From Takakia lepidozioides (taxonomy: Eukaryota > Plantae > Bryophyta): a stretch of 64,000 bases of DNA. The notes under the pieces were generated by a model that worked only from the letters and a program-made list of their open reading frames with translations, did not search any database and was not told the origin of the DNA. Numbering within the stretch: position 1 is the stretch's first letter; each line of letters starts with the position of its first letter. The stretch covers positions 64,542,001-64,606,000 of the forward strand of contig CM060733.1 in NCBI GenBank assembly GCA_030704615.1. The letters run 5' to 3'. The translations under genes were made by a program, and so were the position numbers. Positions 26,290-38,170 of this stretch are shown here, piece by piece.

Positions 26290-26594
26290 GTGGAGAGCAA
26301 ACCCACATGGAAATGGAGGTTGGTGATCTCCTATGAAGGCACCAATTACTCAGGGTGGCGACTGTAGTCAAGGGCAAACGGTGTGACAGTGCAGTACTTG
26401 GTAGAGGATGCACTGGCCAAGGTGACCAGATGCACACGTGATCAGCTGCTTCTTTGCGCTGCAGGCCGCACAGATGCTGGTGTTCATGCCTGGGGTCAGG
26501 TGGCTCATTTTGTGACTCCATATTGCTTTGACCAGTTACAATTCTTGCATACATCCCTGAATGGCATTCTGCCCTATGACATTCGAGTACGAGG
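26290..26594 (+). pseudogene. truA: tRNA pseudouridine synthase A (TruA) fragment, intronless, with an internal stop
   Basis: WRLVISYEGTNYSGW..TVQ..VEDAL...AGRTDAGVHAWGQVAHF...[12 protein letters not shown]. Confidence 0.9.
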
Positions 26595-26834
26595 GGTGTC
26601 CACAGTGAGGGCAATGGCCTTAAAACCTGCACGCTCTGCTCGGCGTACCAATTGTGCAACCACATTTCTGCCCTTGTATACGTAAAGCTGGAAGAAGCGG
26701 ATGCCAGGACCTACTGATGCAACCTCTTCAACACTGCTGGTTGCCCAGGATGACAGGGTCATAACTGTGCCAGCAGCAGATACTGCTCTTGCATTGGCCA
26801 GCTCACCGTCAGGGTGAGCCATCCTCTGCACGGC
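26589..26834 (-). pseudogene. GOX: Glycolate oxidase (FMN alpha-hydroxy acid oxidase) internal fragment, intronless
   Basis: [72 protein letters not shown] is near-identical to plant GOX. Confidence 0.95.
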
Positions 26835-26911
26835 AAGACTTGTCGAGCCTGGTTGCAAGGCTGACAGACCATCGGAAGATTCACCTAATGAGGACGATGC
26901 TATTTCCGACC

Positions 26912-27411
26912 NNNNNNNNNNNNNNNNNNNNNNNNNNNNNNNNNNNNNNNNNNNNNNNNNNNNNNNNNNNNNNNNNNNNNNNNNNNNNNNNNNNNNNNNN
27001 NNNNNNNNNNNNNNNNNNNNNNNNNNNNNNNNNNNNNNNNNNNNNNNNNNNNNNNNNNNNNNNNNNNNNNNNNNNNNNNNNNNNNNNNNNNNNNNNNNNN
27101 NNNNNNNNNNNNNNNNNNNNNNNNNNNNNNNNNNNNNNNNNNNNNNNNNNNNNNNNNNNNNNNNNNNNNNNNNNNNNNNNNNNNNNNNNNNNNNNNNNNN
27201 NNNNNNNNNNNNNNNNNNNNNNNNNNNNNNNNNNNNNNNNNNNNNNNNNNNNNNNNNNNNNNNNNNNNNNNNNNNNNNNNNNNNNNNNNNNNNNNNNNNN
27301 NNNNNNNNNNNNNNNNNNNNNNNNNNNNNNNNNNNNNNNNNNNNNNNNNNNNNNNNNNNNNNNNNNNNNNNNNNNNNNNNNNNNNNNNNNNNNNNNNNNN
27401 NNNNNNNNNNN
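26912..27411. other. Assembly gap of exactly 500 N
   Basis: Run of N with a round length, typical of a scaffolding join. Confidence 0.99.
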
Positions 27412-30400
27412 GGAGGCGGCTAATGCCACTTCCACTAAGGGACGTTTAAGGTGAAGCCTAAGGAACCTGGGCACCTTCGATGGCGGTTTCAAATCGGTAG
27501 GCACTCAACACCTGGCTCCTGGAGCTATAGCATTATGTACTTCCTATGCGTCCGAAGTTGAGTGATGGGATGCGGGTTAGTGGCTCCTCACCTATTAGGG
27601 CTATGCTTCACAATTGTGGCCAGAAACGCCTTAGACCAAAGCCCCAGAGCCTCGGAACCTTTAAACTGGATGTGTTGTTTCAACGGAATTGATGAATAGA
27701 TTTGTGCCCCTCACGCATCCTGCTTTCCTGGGACAGATGAGCATTTGAGCAAACTATGACATTCGGGGGGTAGGTCCAGGCTTTCATGTGCGGTTGGCCT
27801 CTAAAGTCACAACATGGCAGAGACATGAAATGGTCCTTCAACTTTGGTGGCGGGACGGCCCCCTGGGCCAGGCGGAGTTGGAGGAGAACCACCCCAGACT
27901 TTCTAACTAGCACTTGATAGGGCTGAATGTTTCTCTCTCGGATTTTCCCTAATGTGTTATGATACAAGGCCGGACGGGAGCTGAACCACAAAAGAACCCG
28001 GCGGAAAGGTACTTCCTTCCGACCGGAAAGAAGTGGGATAGGCAACGCTTCGACTATGGCACTTGGAAATCGATAGGGAGGGCCTTCACACTTCCGCGCC
28101 CCGGTTGCTCTCGAACGGAAAGCGGGTGGAGCAGCTTTATGGTGGACAGAGGCACCTTTATGGAGTGTGTTCATTGGTTGGGGAGCCCTTGCACATGGCC
28201 AAGAAGTGCACAAAACTCGACAATTGAACATGACTCGGGCAACCACGGAGCTGTGGAAGATACCATCATCCCGCTTGGTGTAGCGGTGGTCGCCAGGACT
28301 TGCAAGGTAGCAACTATTCTTGTGAGTTGTAATCAGGAACTGGCGCCCTGCGTAAAGGGAGTCAGTTATTGTTCGTGGATGGGATAATATCTGGAACTAA
28401 CGTTTCGTTGTTGGCTGAGCACACAGGAGCGTTCCTCCTTCATGACGCCGGCAGCGCGCGAAAGTTGGGACTCCCGACAGTGACGTGGGGGCCTATTGAG
28501 GTGCGTTCTGCCAAAGGAGAACCACAGTTGGCGACAAGGTTGGCGTTTGATGTTCCTCTTCACTGGGAGTTGGGAGGGACGTGAGAACTTCACCATCTGC
28601 GAGATCGATGGAGTAGATCTCATTTTGGGGATGACATTTTTGAGCAAATCCGGAGCGGTCATAGATGGCCGCAAGAGAGTAGTCACGCTGCCATGTGGGA
28701 ATGGTGGCGAGTTTTTACGAGTGTCGGAAACGCCCAAATCCGTGGGATGGAAATAAACCTTCTGTCAGCAAAGAGTGGGCCGTGGAGGAGGCACAGGAGT
28801 CCCAGTTTTTGCTTTACATTAGAGAAGTGAAAGGAGAAGGCGATGGGAGCCGAGCCCAGATTGGATCAAGGGATTTTGGAGAAATACCAGGATGTGATGC
28901 CGGAGGATTTACCAAGCGACTTGCCACCACGAAGAGGAGTTGACCACAAGATTGAGTTGATACCGGGATCGGAACCGCCTGCCAAGGCGCCCTACCGCCG
29001 GTTGAGCCACAGAGAGTTGGTCGAGCTGAAGACCAGCTCAGGATCTAATGTCAAAGGGTACATCCGGCCGAGTAAGTCACCTTACGGAGCCCCGGTGCTA
29101 TTCGCAGACAAGAAGGATGGGACGCTGTGCGGATGTGTGTCGATTACAGGGCTTTGATAAGGTGACTATTAAACCGAACCCGGTGCTTTTCCAAGGATCG
29201 ACGACCTTTTCGACCGGTTGGCAGGAGCGAAGTATTTCAGCCGGATCGACTTGCGCTCCGGCTATCATCAAATTCGGGTGGCGGAGGAGATGAGGAGAAT
29301 ACCGCGTGCATGACAAGGTTGGTTCATATGAGTTCTTGGTGATGCCTTTTGGGCTCACTAATGCACCGGCGACCTTTAGCATGCTGATGAACAGCCTTTT
29401 TTCAGGAGTGGTTGGATGACTTTGTGATCGTGTACATCGACGACATCTTGGTGTACTCGAAGACAAAGGAGGAACACCTGGAGCACCTCAAAAGGTTGCG
29501 AGAAGGGAAGCTGTATGCCAAAGCTTCAAAGTGTGAATTCGGGGTCACGAAAGTGAGTTCTTGGGCATGTGATTACACAGGATGGGATCAAAATGGATGA
29601 CAGAAAGGTGAGGGCGATCTTGGACTGGGAGCCTCCGACTTCGGTCTCGGGAGTGCGTTTCTTCCTAGGACTCGCCTCCTATTACCGGAAGTATGTGAGA
29701 AATTTCGCCAATATTGCGGGGCCGCTGTCGGACCTTCTGTGTAAATCTAAAGTCTGGGCATGGAACACCTTTTGTGGCCAAGCTTTTGCTGAATTGAAGC
29801 AGCGGATGGCGGAAGCTCCAGTCTTGAAAATCCCGGATTTCGATCGTCCGTTCGAGATACATACAGATGCGTCGGACTTCGCGATTGGGGTGTACTGATG
29901 CAAGATGGACGTCCAGTGGCTTACGAAAGTAAGAAACTGAATGAAGTGCCAAGGCACTCAAGGAGGCGGAGGCACTCACTAGGTGGAGCCCCGCACACCG
30001 GGTTGTGGTGGGGGTGGCTCCACAAGGGGTGGTGGTAGCTTAGCGGGACTTAGTGGGGATGGCATAGGACTCACCATGGTGGAGACCTCGAGGTGGAGTC
30101 GTGGGGAGTCTTGGGACTCATCACGGTCCATTGGGGCCGCGGTGAGTGGGCCAGACTCCCGCGACTCACCACCGGGAATCGAGGGTCTTCGTGGTGGTTC
30201 GCCATAAAATGGCATGGCTGGTTGTGGAACCCCCGCGGACAGCTACAGAAGTATATATAGGGAGGTAACCCCGAGAACGGTGCAAGCCCGTTGGTGACCA
30301 ACTAGTGAGTAAGCGAGCGAGCCGGAAGCGACCAAAGAGTGGGGAGCTGTTCCGGACTGCCAACTACCAAAGGGATTCCCGCTGTTCCAAATCGTGGAGG

Positions 30401-30559
30401 GTTCTTTGGGAGAACAAAGGGGGACCGTTATGCCCCGGTGAGCAGCCGAAGCCCCAAGTTTGGGCCGTTGGCCCGGCGGCCAATTTGGGAGTCAGGCGCG
30501 CGCATCAAAGCGAGTAACTATGACTTGAAGGGGAGCTTACCGAAGTGAGGTGCGCGACA
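27412..30559 (+). mobile_element. Degenerate Ty3/gypsy LTR retrotransposon (gag, protease, RT, partial RNase H, truncated 3' LTR; integrase deleted), inserted in MULE copy C
   Basis: [69 protein letters not shown] and VAYESKKLN motifs. The sequence then jumps at about 29945 into LTR sequence ending CGCGACA at 30559. Confidence 0.92.
29945..30559 (+). repeat. 5'-truncated 3' LTR, same family as the solo LTR at 61610-62329
   Basis: Colinear with about 61715-62329. TATA-like GTATATATAG at about 30251. Confidence 0.9.
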
Positions 30560-33500
30560 CGCCAACTGAAGCCGAGTACTCTCAGGCAAGCCTCTTCTGC
30601 TTTCGGTTTGTTCGATTTCTTTTTTGCTTTCGCTTTGTTACCTCGCTTGTTTTTTGTGCATCTTCATCCTGGCTTCGCTGGATGAGTGAACTTTAGATAG
30701 TTGAGTGAACCTTAGATTGTTTGCAATGCGTGTGGCAAATCCGCAGCTCTGGAGAAGGCTGCTTGTGCATGTCATTCTCAGGCAATGGTTGCATTGTTTT
30801 TCATTGTTGTTGCATGGCTCTCCATACTTCCTAAACTTGTTATGTTTTCATTTTTGCTACACGATTGTTGCTATGGTGGTTGCGCTGCTCGTTGCGATGC
30901 TGTTTTTTGCACCGATGTTGGTTTTCACGATTTTTGATTTTGTCAATGACAGAGTGACGACGAGCCCGGCACGCTGGTGGTATCATCGACAGCTCCAACT
31001 CATCGCATGTTTGAATCGCCCAACTTGGGGCGAGAGGGCAAACTTAAACCTTTTGTTGGTGGACGGGAAGACTTGCAACGAGAGTACGACAGAATAGGCA
31101 TTGGGGAGGTTGGTGCAGGCGGCATGGCAGGTGAAGGGCGTGAGGACATGAGGACAGCAGATCCGGCAATGGAGGTTGTTCATGCACATGCAGTAGGGCC
31201 CGCCCACGCAAAGAAAAGAAGAAAGCTAAGCACATGCAATCCCCGGCGAGAGAGCCGTCACGGGCTGCGGAGGGGGGAGTGAGCAGTGCGCGCGAGGGTG
31301 TTAGTTCGCCTCAATCAAAGGTGGTCGTCCTGGAGGGCTCCCCTACTGCTAGCCCTAGTAAGAAACAGAAAGCCCGTGAGAGGGCAAAAGAGAGGGCAAA
31401 AGAACAGACGAGACAGAATGCTAGCCAGGAGGAAGAGAAAAGGCAGCTGAAGAGGTCAGGGGTGCCCAAATGACAGATGCCAATGTAAGCGAGGGACGCA
31501 CAGAGACGGTGGATCCCTCCAAGACACCACAGAGAGGCAGTAACACCGTTAGACCATCGCGGCAAGAGCAGCCCCTGCAATTACCCATACGGTGGAGAGT
31601 GGAGGAGAGGAAAGAACACCAGAAAGAGCACGGATTGTGCAAGTTCGAGGTGAAGCCAGGGAGAGGGCAGTAGAGACGGGGAGAGTGCTGGAGGTGGTTT
31701 CGCAGGTGGCTGACCCTGTTGAGGAGGAAGACATGGAGCTTTCTGACCAGGATGACATCCTCCCGACATCCCCAGGCCCCAAACCGGAGCATACAGGCTG
31801 GATTTGGCGGTCCTGGTGGGCTGCCGGAAAAACCCCTCTGCAGCAGACGTCATGTCTGAGGCGGATATGAAGTTGGCCGCTGCCAAGATGTTGGAGGCAA
31901 CCCACAGCAACATTGGCAGGGTGATGGGGGGCATGGTGTACCCGGCCAAGCTTCGAATTCCCCTTTGCCGCTTGGTGTCATTGCAGGTGGTGAGACCTGC
32001 CCTCCCAGGCGATATCGACAAGCTGAAATTCTCTTTCCGGGATGGATATCGAATGGGTCTGCCGCGTTTTACGTTTCCATTGAGAACGACCACGGAGCTT
32101 CCCGTGCCCACACTTCCGATGAGGTGGACAAATGGGGTCCCCATTGGCAAACGCGAAATGAGGAGTTCGAGAGATCGATTGCTAGTGATCCTCTTTTCCA
32201 GCACTTGTCCGGTAAGATGTTCTACGTGTGGGACAGCAATCATCGCCTCCTGGCATGGATGAAGCACATTGCCCAGCCCACCCCAACGACCTCGATTGGC
32301 ATTTCGCCGTGGATTGTGTTGTGCTGAGGTTGCGGGGCCCAAAGATCGCAGTCTTCTCAAAGCTGCAATGGCCGACATCAACTTGTAAGCTACAACCCCT
32401 CTCGCTTTTGGACTTTGAATTTGGAAGTCATTTCATTGCGAATCCTCATATATGATGGAAATTCCCATTTCAGTATTGTTTGATGGAAATGTGGCACTGC
32501 AGGGTGACTGAGAATGCCTTCATTGCCACCAACTTGTCCCATATGCTCTTCCGAGTGAAGGATGTCGGGAAGCAGGGGGTGCAAGAGTTTGCCAATTCCC
32601 TCAGTGCCGACCTCCTGCGCAAGTCAGAGGCAAAGGCAGACAGAACCTGGTATAGGCTGAGCATCGACGCCATGGTGGACTACATATTTCGGGTAAAGCT
32701 CCTGACAGTTTTGTTGAGCTAATCTGTCTCTCCTCCCCCAATAGAAGAAAAGGTCTTCGCCCTGATTTCTAATCTCCTCCCCCAATAGAAGAAATTGTAT
32801 TGAGCAGGATCTCTAATCTTATGTGCGCATTCTTGACAGACGAAAATACAGCAGGATTTGGCACATGCGCGGAGGTTCTACATGGAGTCAGAGGAGTCGA
32901 ATCCAACCCTCCCGGAACTCGAATCGTATGTCAAAGCTGCGGAGGTGAGGGCCCGCATAAAGTACAAGTCGCGGATGGTAAAGTACGCGGCCATAGCTGA
33001 TCCCGCCCTTGGTGCCGACTTTCTGGTGGAGGTGGGGAAGCACTACTCTCGCGCTCTGAAGCCCACGATGACATTGGAGAAGCTCCATCGTCTAGCCACA
33101 TCCTGTGTGGATGCAACAGAAAAGGTGATACATTCTTAACCAAATTGTGGTGGCAACAACTCCTTTTTGTGGTGTTTGGCGCTTACGAATATGCTGGGTG
33201 TGTGGACAGACCCGGTGGCTCCAAATCTGGAATGGTTCCCAAAGTACCAGGGACATGTGGGGCTTCCCCAAACCGGACAAACTCTCTGACCCCACATTCG
33301 ACATGTGGATGAACCGCATGACATGGTGGTTTCAGGTACTTCCCCACGCTTCGTTTGGGGCTTCTACTCTAGTAGGGGGTGGATTCATTGTATTTTTTGA
33401 GGAAAGCGATCTGATGGAGAATCTCCACAGGTGACGACAAATGCGCAAGAGCAGCTGGACACACAAGCACATCAATTCAAGATGGAGATATCTCCTGCAG

Positions 33501-36500
33501 CAGAGAGCCTACGTAACTATGTGACGAGGTACTTTCTGCTCTACAAAACCAACCTATTCTTTCGGGAGATAGTAGATGCTCGCCGGAGCCACAAGTTCAC
33601 CGACCAGCCGAACGCGGACAAAGCAGCAATGCGCCTTCTGTACAGGTACATACGCGCTGTCTTTCTTTCAAGTCCTTGCATTTCAGGATGTTAGAGGCCT
33701 CATGTGGTGTTAGGGAAAATGGCGCGGAATTTCCAGTCAGGGCTCCGAAAATGGCTAAGTCCCTAGACTGGTTGGCCCTGAACTGGAAATTCGGCGCCAT
33801 TTTCCACTTCTAGGCCCTATTGCCGTTCAGGGACTTGGCCATTTTCGGGCTAAGTCCCTAGACTGGCTGGCCCTGAACTGGAAATTCGGCGCCATTTTCC
33901 AGTTCCAGGCCCTATTGCCGTTCAGGGACTTGGCCATTTTCGGGCTAAGTCCCTAGACTGGCTGGCCCTGAACTGGAAATTCGGCGCCATTTTCCACTTC
34001 CAGGCCCTATTGCTGTTCAGGGACTTGGCCATTTTCGGGCTAAGTCCCTAGGGTGGCTGGCCCCGAAGTGGAAATTCGGCGCCATTTTCCACTTCTAGGC
34101 CCTATTGCCGTTCAGGGACTTGGCCATTTTCGGGCTAAGTCCCTAGCCTGGCGGGCCCCGAACTGGAAATTCGGCGCCATTTTCCACTTCTAGGCCCTAT
34201 TGCCGTTCAGGGACTTGGCCATTTTCGGGCTAAGTCCCTAGACTGGCGGGCCCCGAACTGGAAATTCGGCGCCATTTTCCACTTCTAGGCCCTATTGCCG
34301 TTCAGGGACTTGGCCATTTTCGGGCTAAGTCCCTAGGGTGGCGGGCCCCGAACTGGAAATTCGGCGCCATTTTCCAGTTCTAGGCCCTATTGCCGTTCAG
34401 GGACTTGGCCATTTTCGGGCTAAGTCCCTAGGGTGGCGGGCCCCGAACTGGAAATTCGGCGCCATTTTCCAGTTCTAGGCCCTATTGCCGTTCAGGGACT
34501 TGGCCATTTTCGGGCTAAGTCCCTAGGGTGGCTGGCCCCGAACTGGAAATTCGGCGCCATTTTTCCAGTTCTAGGCCCTATTGCGGTTCTGGGACTTAGC
34601 CATCTTCGGGCCAAACCGGGAAAAATGGCGCCGAATTTCCAGTTCAGGGCTCCCAAGATGACTAAGTCCCTAGGGTGGCAGTCACCGAAAACCGAAATTC
34701 GGCGCCATTTTTCCATTTCTAGGCCCACTCACATCCGCCCCAACCTGGGAAAATGGTGCGGAATATGCATTTCAGGGACCTCATTGTGTTTTTCATGAAT
34801 GCAGGTACTGCAAGTTCTCCCTTTTGGAGAAAGGTCATCTGTCTTTCGAGCCACCATTCTTCCTGGCATGGAGGAACCCTGGGGCTGACTCCATGTACAC
34901 TGACAATATTGTGAAGGAGTGGCATCTGGAACATTTGCGTGATTGCCCTTGGTATGTGGACCTTCCGCCCGGCTCGCTCGACCCATCCGAGTTTCAATTG
35001 AAGCTGGATGCTGAATTCCGACAAAACCGGGCTCCGCTGCCTCCGTTGGGTGCAAAAGAGGCAAAAGCGCTTGCGAACTCCAGGAAAGCGGCAGAGCTTG
35101 CTCAGGCAGGAATTCAGGAGAAATTGCATGAGAAGAGTAAAGGCCAAAGGAAAAGGACAAGGAAACAGGTGAGTGCAATAACACCCAAAAAGAAGAAACC
35201 ATCGGGGCATCGGAGGAGGCGCAGGAGGGGACCCAAGAGAGTGACTCGGACGACGACTTTGTTCAAGGTCCTGCGACTGCTGTTGCTCCTACCCAGTCAC
35301 CGGTCGTCCGGGTTCCCAAGTCAGTTCGGAGTGGGACTGGCTCTGCTAAGAAGTTGGCATTTGAGGGCGAGCCTACACGGCGGTATTCGGCGGTGACGTT
35401 TACGCACAGGCCAAAGCTAGAACCTCCAACCATCATCCAATGCGTCAATGAGAGCTTCCTTGACGCTCTCGCTGCCAGGGCGAAGAAGGTGGCACACAAC
35501 AAGTCTCTGGCGGAGCAGAAGGGGAAAGCCAAGAAGAGGGTTGGCGGTACAGAGCCTAAAGACACCCCTGGTTTTGAAGCCATGATGGAATTCTTCACGG
35601 CTGTGAGCACGAATTGCAAGAGCACTCGGGGAGGGGGTTGAGGTGGAGAGAGCTTGCGACATGATTCTCCTCGATATTCCAGATGGGGAGCTGCTGGAGG
35701 GCCTGGATGGTGTGCCCACCTGGAACAGGTTTACTAAGGACTACTGGAAAGCCGGGTTTGGGCTGGCGGGGATGCTTCTGGATGACGGTGGATGTGTGGT
35801 TGTCCTTGCCACGAGAGGGAAGACCACAGAGAATGCGGTGGCAAGGTGGACACCGAAAAGTGTCACCCCGGTCCTCCTCAAAAAATGGTTCTGCATCAGT
35901 ACGCAGGGGTTGCGAACAGAGGGCCAAAGTGTAAGTTATCAATCTATTGCATTCACTTCATATTGTGGTGTATGTTAAGTAGACCCTGGAGTTGATCCCT
36001 TCTTTGTTGGATGTGCAGACATTGGTGTTTGAGGCATATTGCTTTGTGAAGAGAGGGTCTACGTTCAAATTCCGCAACGACGGTCGTCTTGTTGATGCCG
36101 ATGTGGACCCTGTAACCTACGATGTCCTCTACAACTATGTGCCCCACTCTAGTATGCTGAAGGACACAAAGACAGGCAAACCGTGGCGGTACAGCCGGAC
36201 CCGGAGCCCTGCTTTCATCCAAACCCTCATGGAGACGTGCTTGGATGTCCAAGGGCGGATTCTGGACCTCACATGCGGCACGGGTAAGCCTTCACGTGCT
36301 CAGTTTGTCCCCTGGCCCGATTGCAATTGCATGCCGCAAGCTATTAACCGCCCGCTTTGTTCCTCAGGTGCTTCAATGTGGGCAGGGACGTTGTCCGACA
36401 GGCATGTGTTCGCCTTCGAGCCAGATACTGCCCTCCACAACTCCGAACTTGCAACGGCTGAACGTCTGCCGAAAGAGGAAGAGGCATCCTCGGAGGATGA

Positions 36501-37155
36501 GGAAAAATCCAAGAAGGAGCAGGGGGAGGAAGTTGGGATCGAGGCCGAGGAGCCCCCGGTTTACGAGTGAGTGGTGGCATTGTAAGTTGCCTCCAGATTT
36601 CATGAGGCACCTCCCTCCGCTCTCTTATTTCATTGAAAACCCTTTGTGGTTGTGCTGGTATTGACATTCTTGAAGTGGATTTGTTCTTACTGTAGGATGC
36701 CAAGTACTGCCGGAGGGACGTCTACACCGGAGTTCATGGGCAGGAGGAACGTGCCTTTTTTTGCCAGGGGGGATTTCATGCCTAGTCGAGAAAGGGAGTA
36801 CATCCTTCCTACTTATGTTGCCCGGCTTGCTTCGGTGTCCATTAGGAGGTGTTCCGAACGTAGTCGTGTACATCAGATTTTAGACGAGGCAAGCCTCAAG
36901 AAAATGAAGATGAGGGAGGAGGCAGCAGCTATTAGAGCCCGTCGGGCTCGTAGATTTGTCTTGGATTCTGTTGAGGAAAGTGGGGGAGAAGACGCAGAAG
37001 ATTCCCAGGAGGTGGGGTGGACAATCCCCCAAGGAGAGGACGGGATTTTTGAGAGGCATAGTGGAACTGATGCATCACAGAGCTCGGAGGACGAGGGGGA
37101 TGAGGGGGATGAGGAAGAAGGTGGGGCAAGTTCCTCGGAGGGTGTAGGAGAGTAG
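30560..37155 (+). pseudogene. Second copy of the ParB/Srx-N6A/N4C methyltransferase-like fusion gene, with exon 1 cut by the gypsy insertion
   Basis: WDSNHR at 32229-32246. Intron 33646-34804 joins LYR|YCKFSLLEKG in frame. DMILLDIPDG at 35658-35687. Intron 36284-36367 joins LDLTCGT-G-ASMWAG. Stop at 37155. Confidence 0.72.
33710..34722. repeat. Intronic 95-bp double-hairpin array (about 10 units)
   Basis: Reverse complement of the unit at 19435-21290. Confidence 0.95.
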
Positions 37156-37849
37156 TGCCCATTCCGGCTATGATAGTTAGAACACACTTGTATAGACGTG
37201 GCTTGCCACAAAATTTGCAATAAAATGTTGCATTTCAAGTCCACTGGTGCCACATTCCAACTTCACATGACCCTATTTCCGTGCCTCCTAACCCTATTTC
37301 CGTGCCTCCTAACCCTATTTCCGTGGACTCACAATGGTCTGCTCATGCTTTTTTTTTTTCCGCTCATGCTCATGCCGCTCATGAAATAGCAGCCCCCCCC
37401 CTTTTCCCATTAATGGTGGCTAATACAATTGTGGATCTTTTGGTGGCAGGATATTGGAAGCTATTCCTTTGGTCGACGTCTCTTTTATTCACAGTGACTT
37501 GTGGTGCAGCCCTCCACGTTCATATATCTTACCCGACTACGCGGAGGCCATTGCTCGTCAACAGAGTTTAATGTTATCTCCCCCATGTGCTTGAAAGCAC
37601 AACAGGCACCTCGGAGCTCAAGTTTACATCGATGATACTGCACAAGTTTCAGGGGATAGTTCTAGTGACTGAAATGCAAATTTCATCATTTTGGGGGGTC
37701 TCGAGATGTTCACAGTTTTAGACATTTTGTGTCCCTCCATAACTTTGTAATAAAAATTGTGTATGTTCGTTGCAATGTCGTTAAAAGATGGTTTCTCATT
37801 TTCGTGCCGTGTATGCATCTATAACAGTGGCTTCTATGCACTTCATACA

Positions 37850-38170
37850 GTTGGTTATGGGTCAAACAAGAAGACAAGGCACCTAGGGGATGATGTATGT
37901 ATTGACTCTCGGGTAAGTTAAAAGGCAGCCTCCTGATGCCTAACATTGGTTATGGGTCAAACAAGAATACAAGGCACCTAGGGGATGATTTGTGGACTCT
38001 CGGGTTCAACGCAAGTTCAAGGGCATCATCCTGATGCGTAACATTGGTTATGGTTCAACCAAGAAGACAGTGCACCTAGTGGATGGTGTGGACTCTCGGT
38101 TTCAGCGCAAGTTCAAAGGCGGGATCCTCATGCCTAACATTGGTTATGGGTCAAACAAGAAGACAAGGCG
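37850..38170. repeat. Degenerate tandem repeat of about 100 bp (3-4 copies)
   Basis: Recurring TTGGTTATGGGTCAAACAAGAAGACAAGGC. Confidence 0.8.

Larger units (their letters stand above)
30560..37397 (-). mobile_element. Mutator/Foldback-like transposon copy C, inverted relative to copy B
   Basis: Reverse-complement match to 16774-24434. Ends in GCTCATGAAATAGCAGCCCCC at 37397. Confidence 0.85.

Noticed and set aside
16774-37397. A single Foldback element with 7-kb TIRs
   Set aside because: There is no TSD, both ends are the left-type terminus while copy D shows a distinct right end, the arms are diverged, and a gap lies between them.
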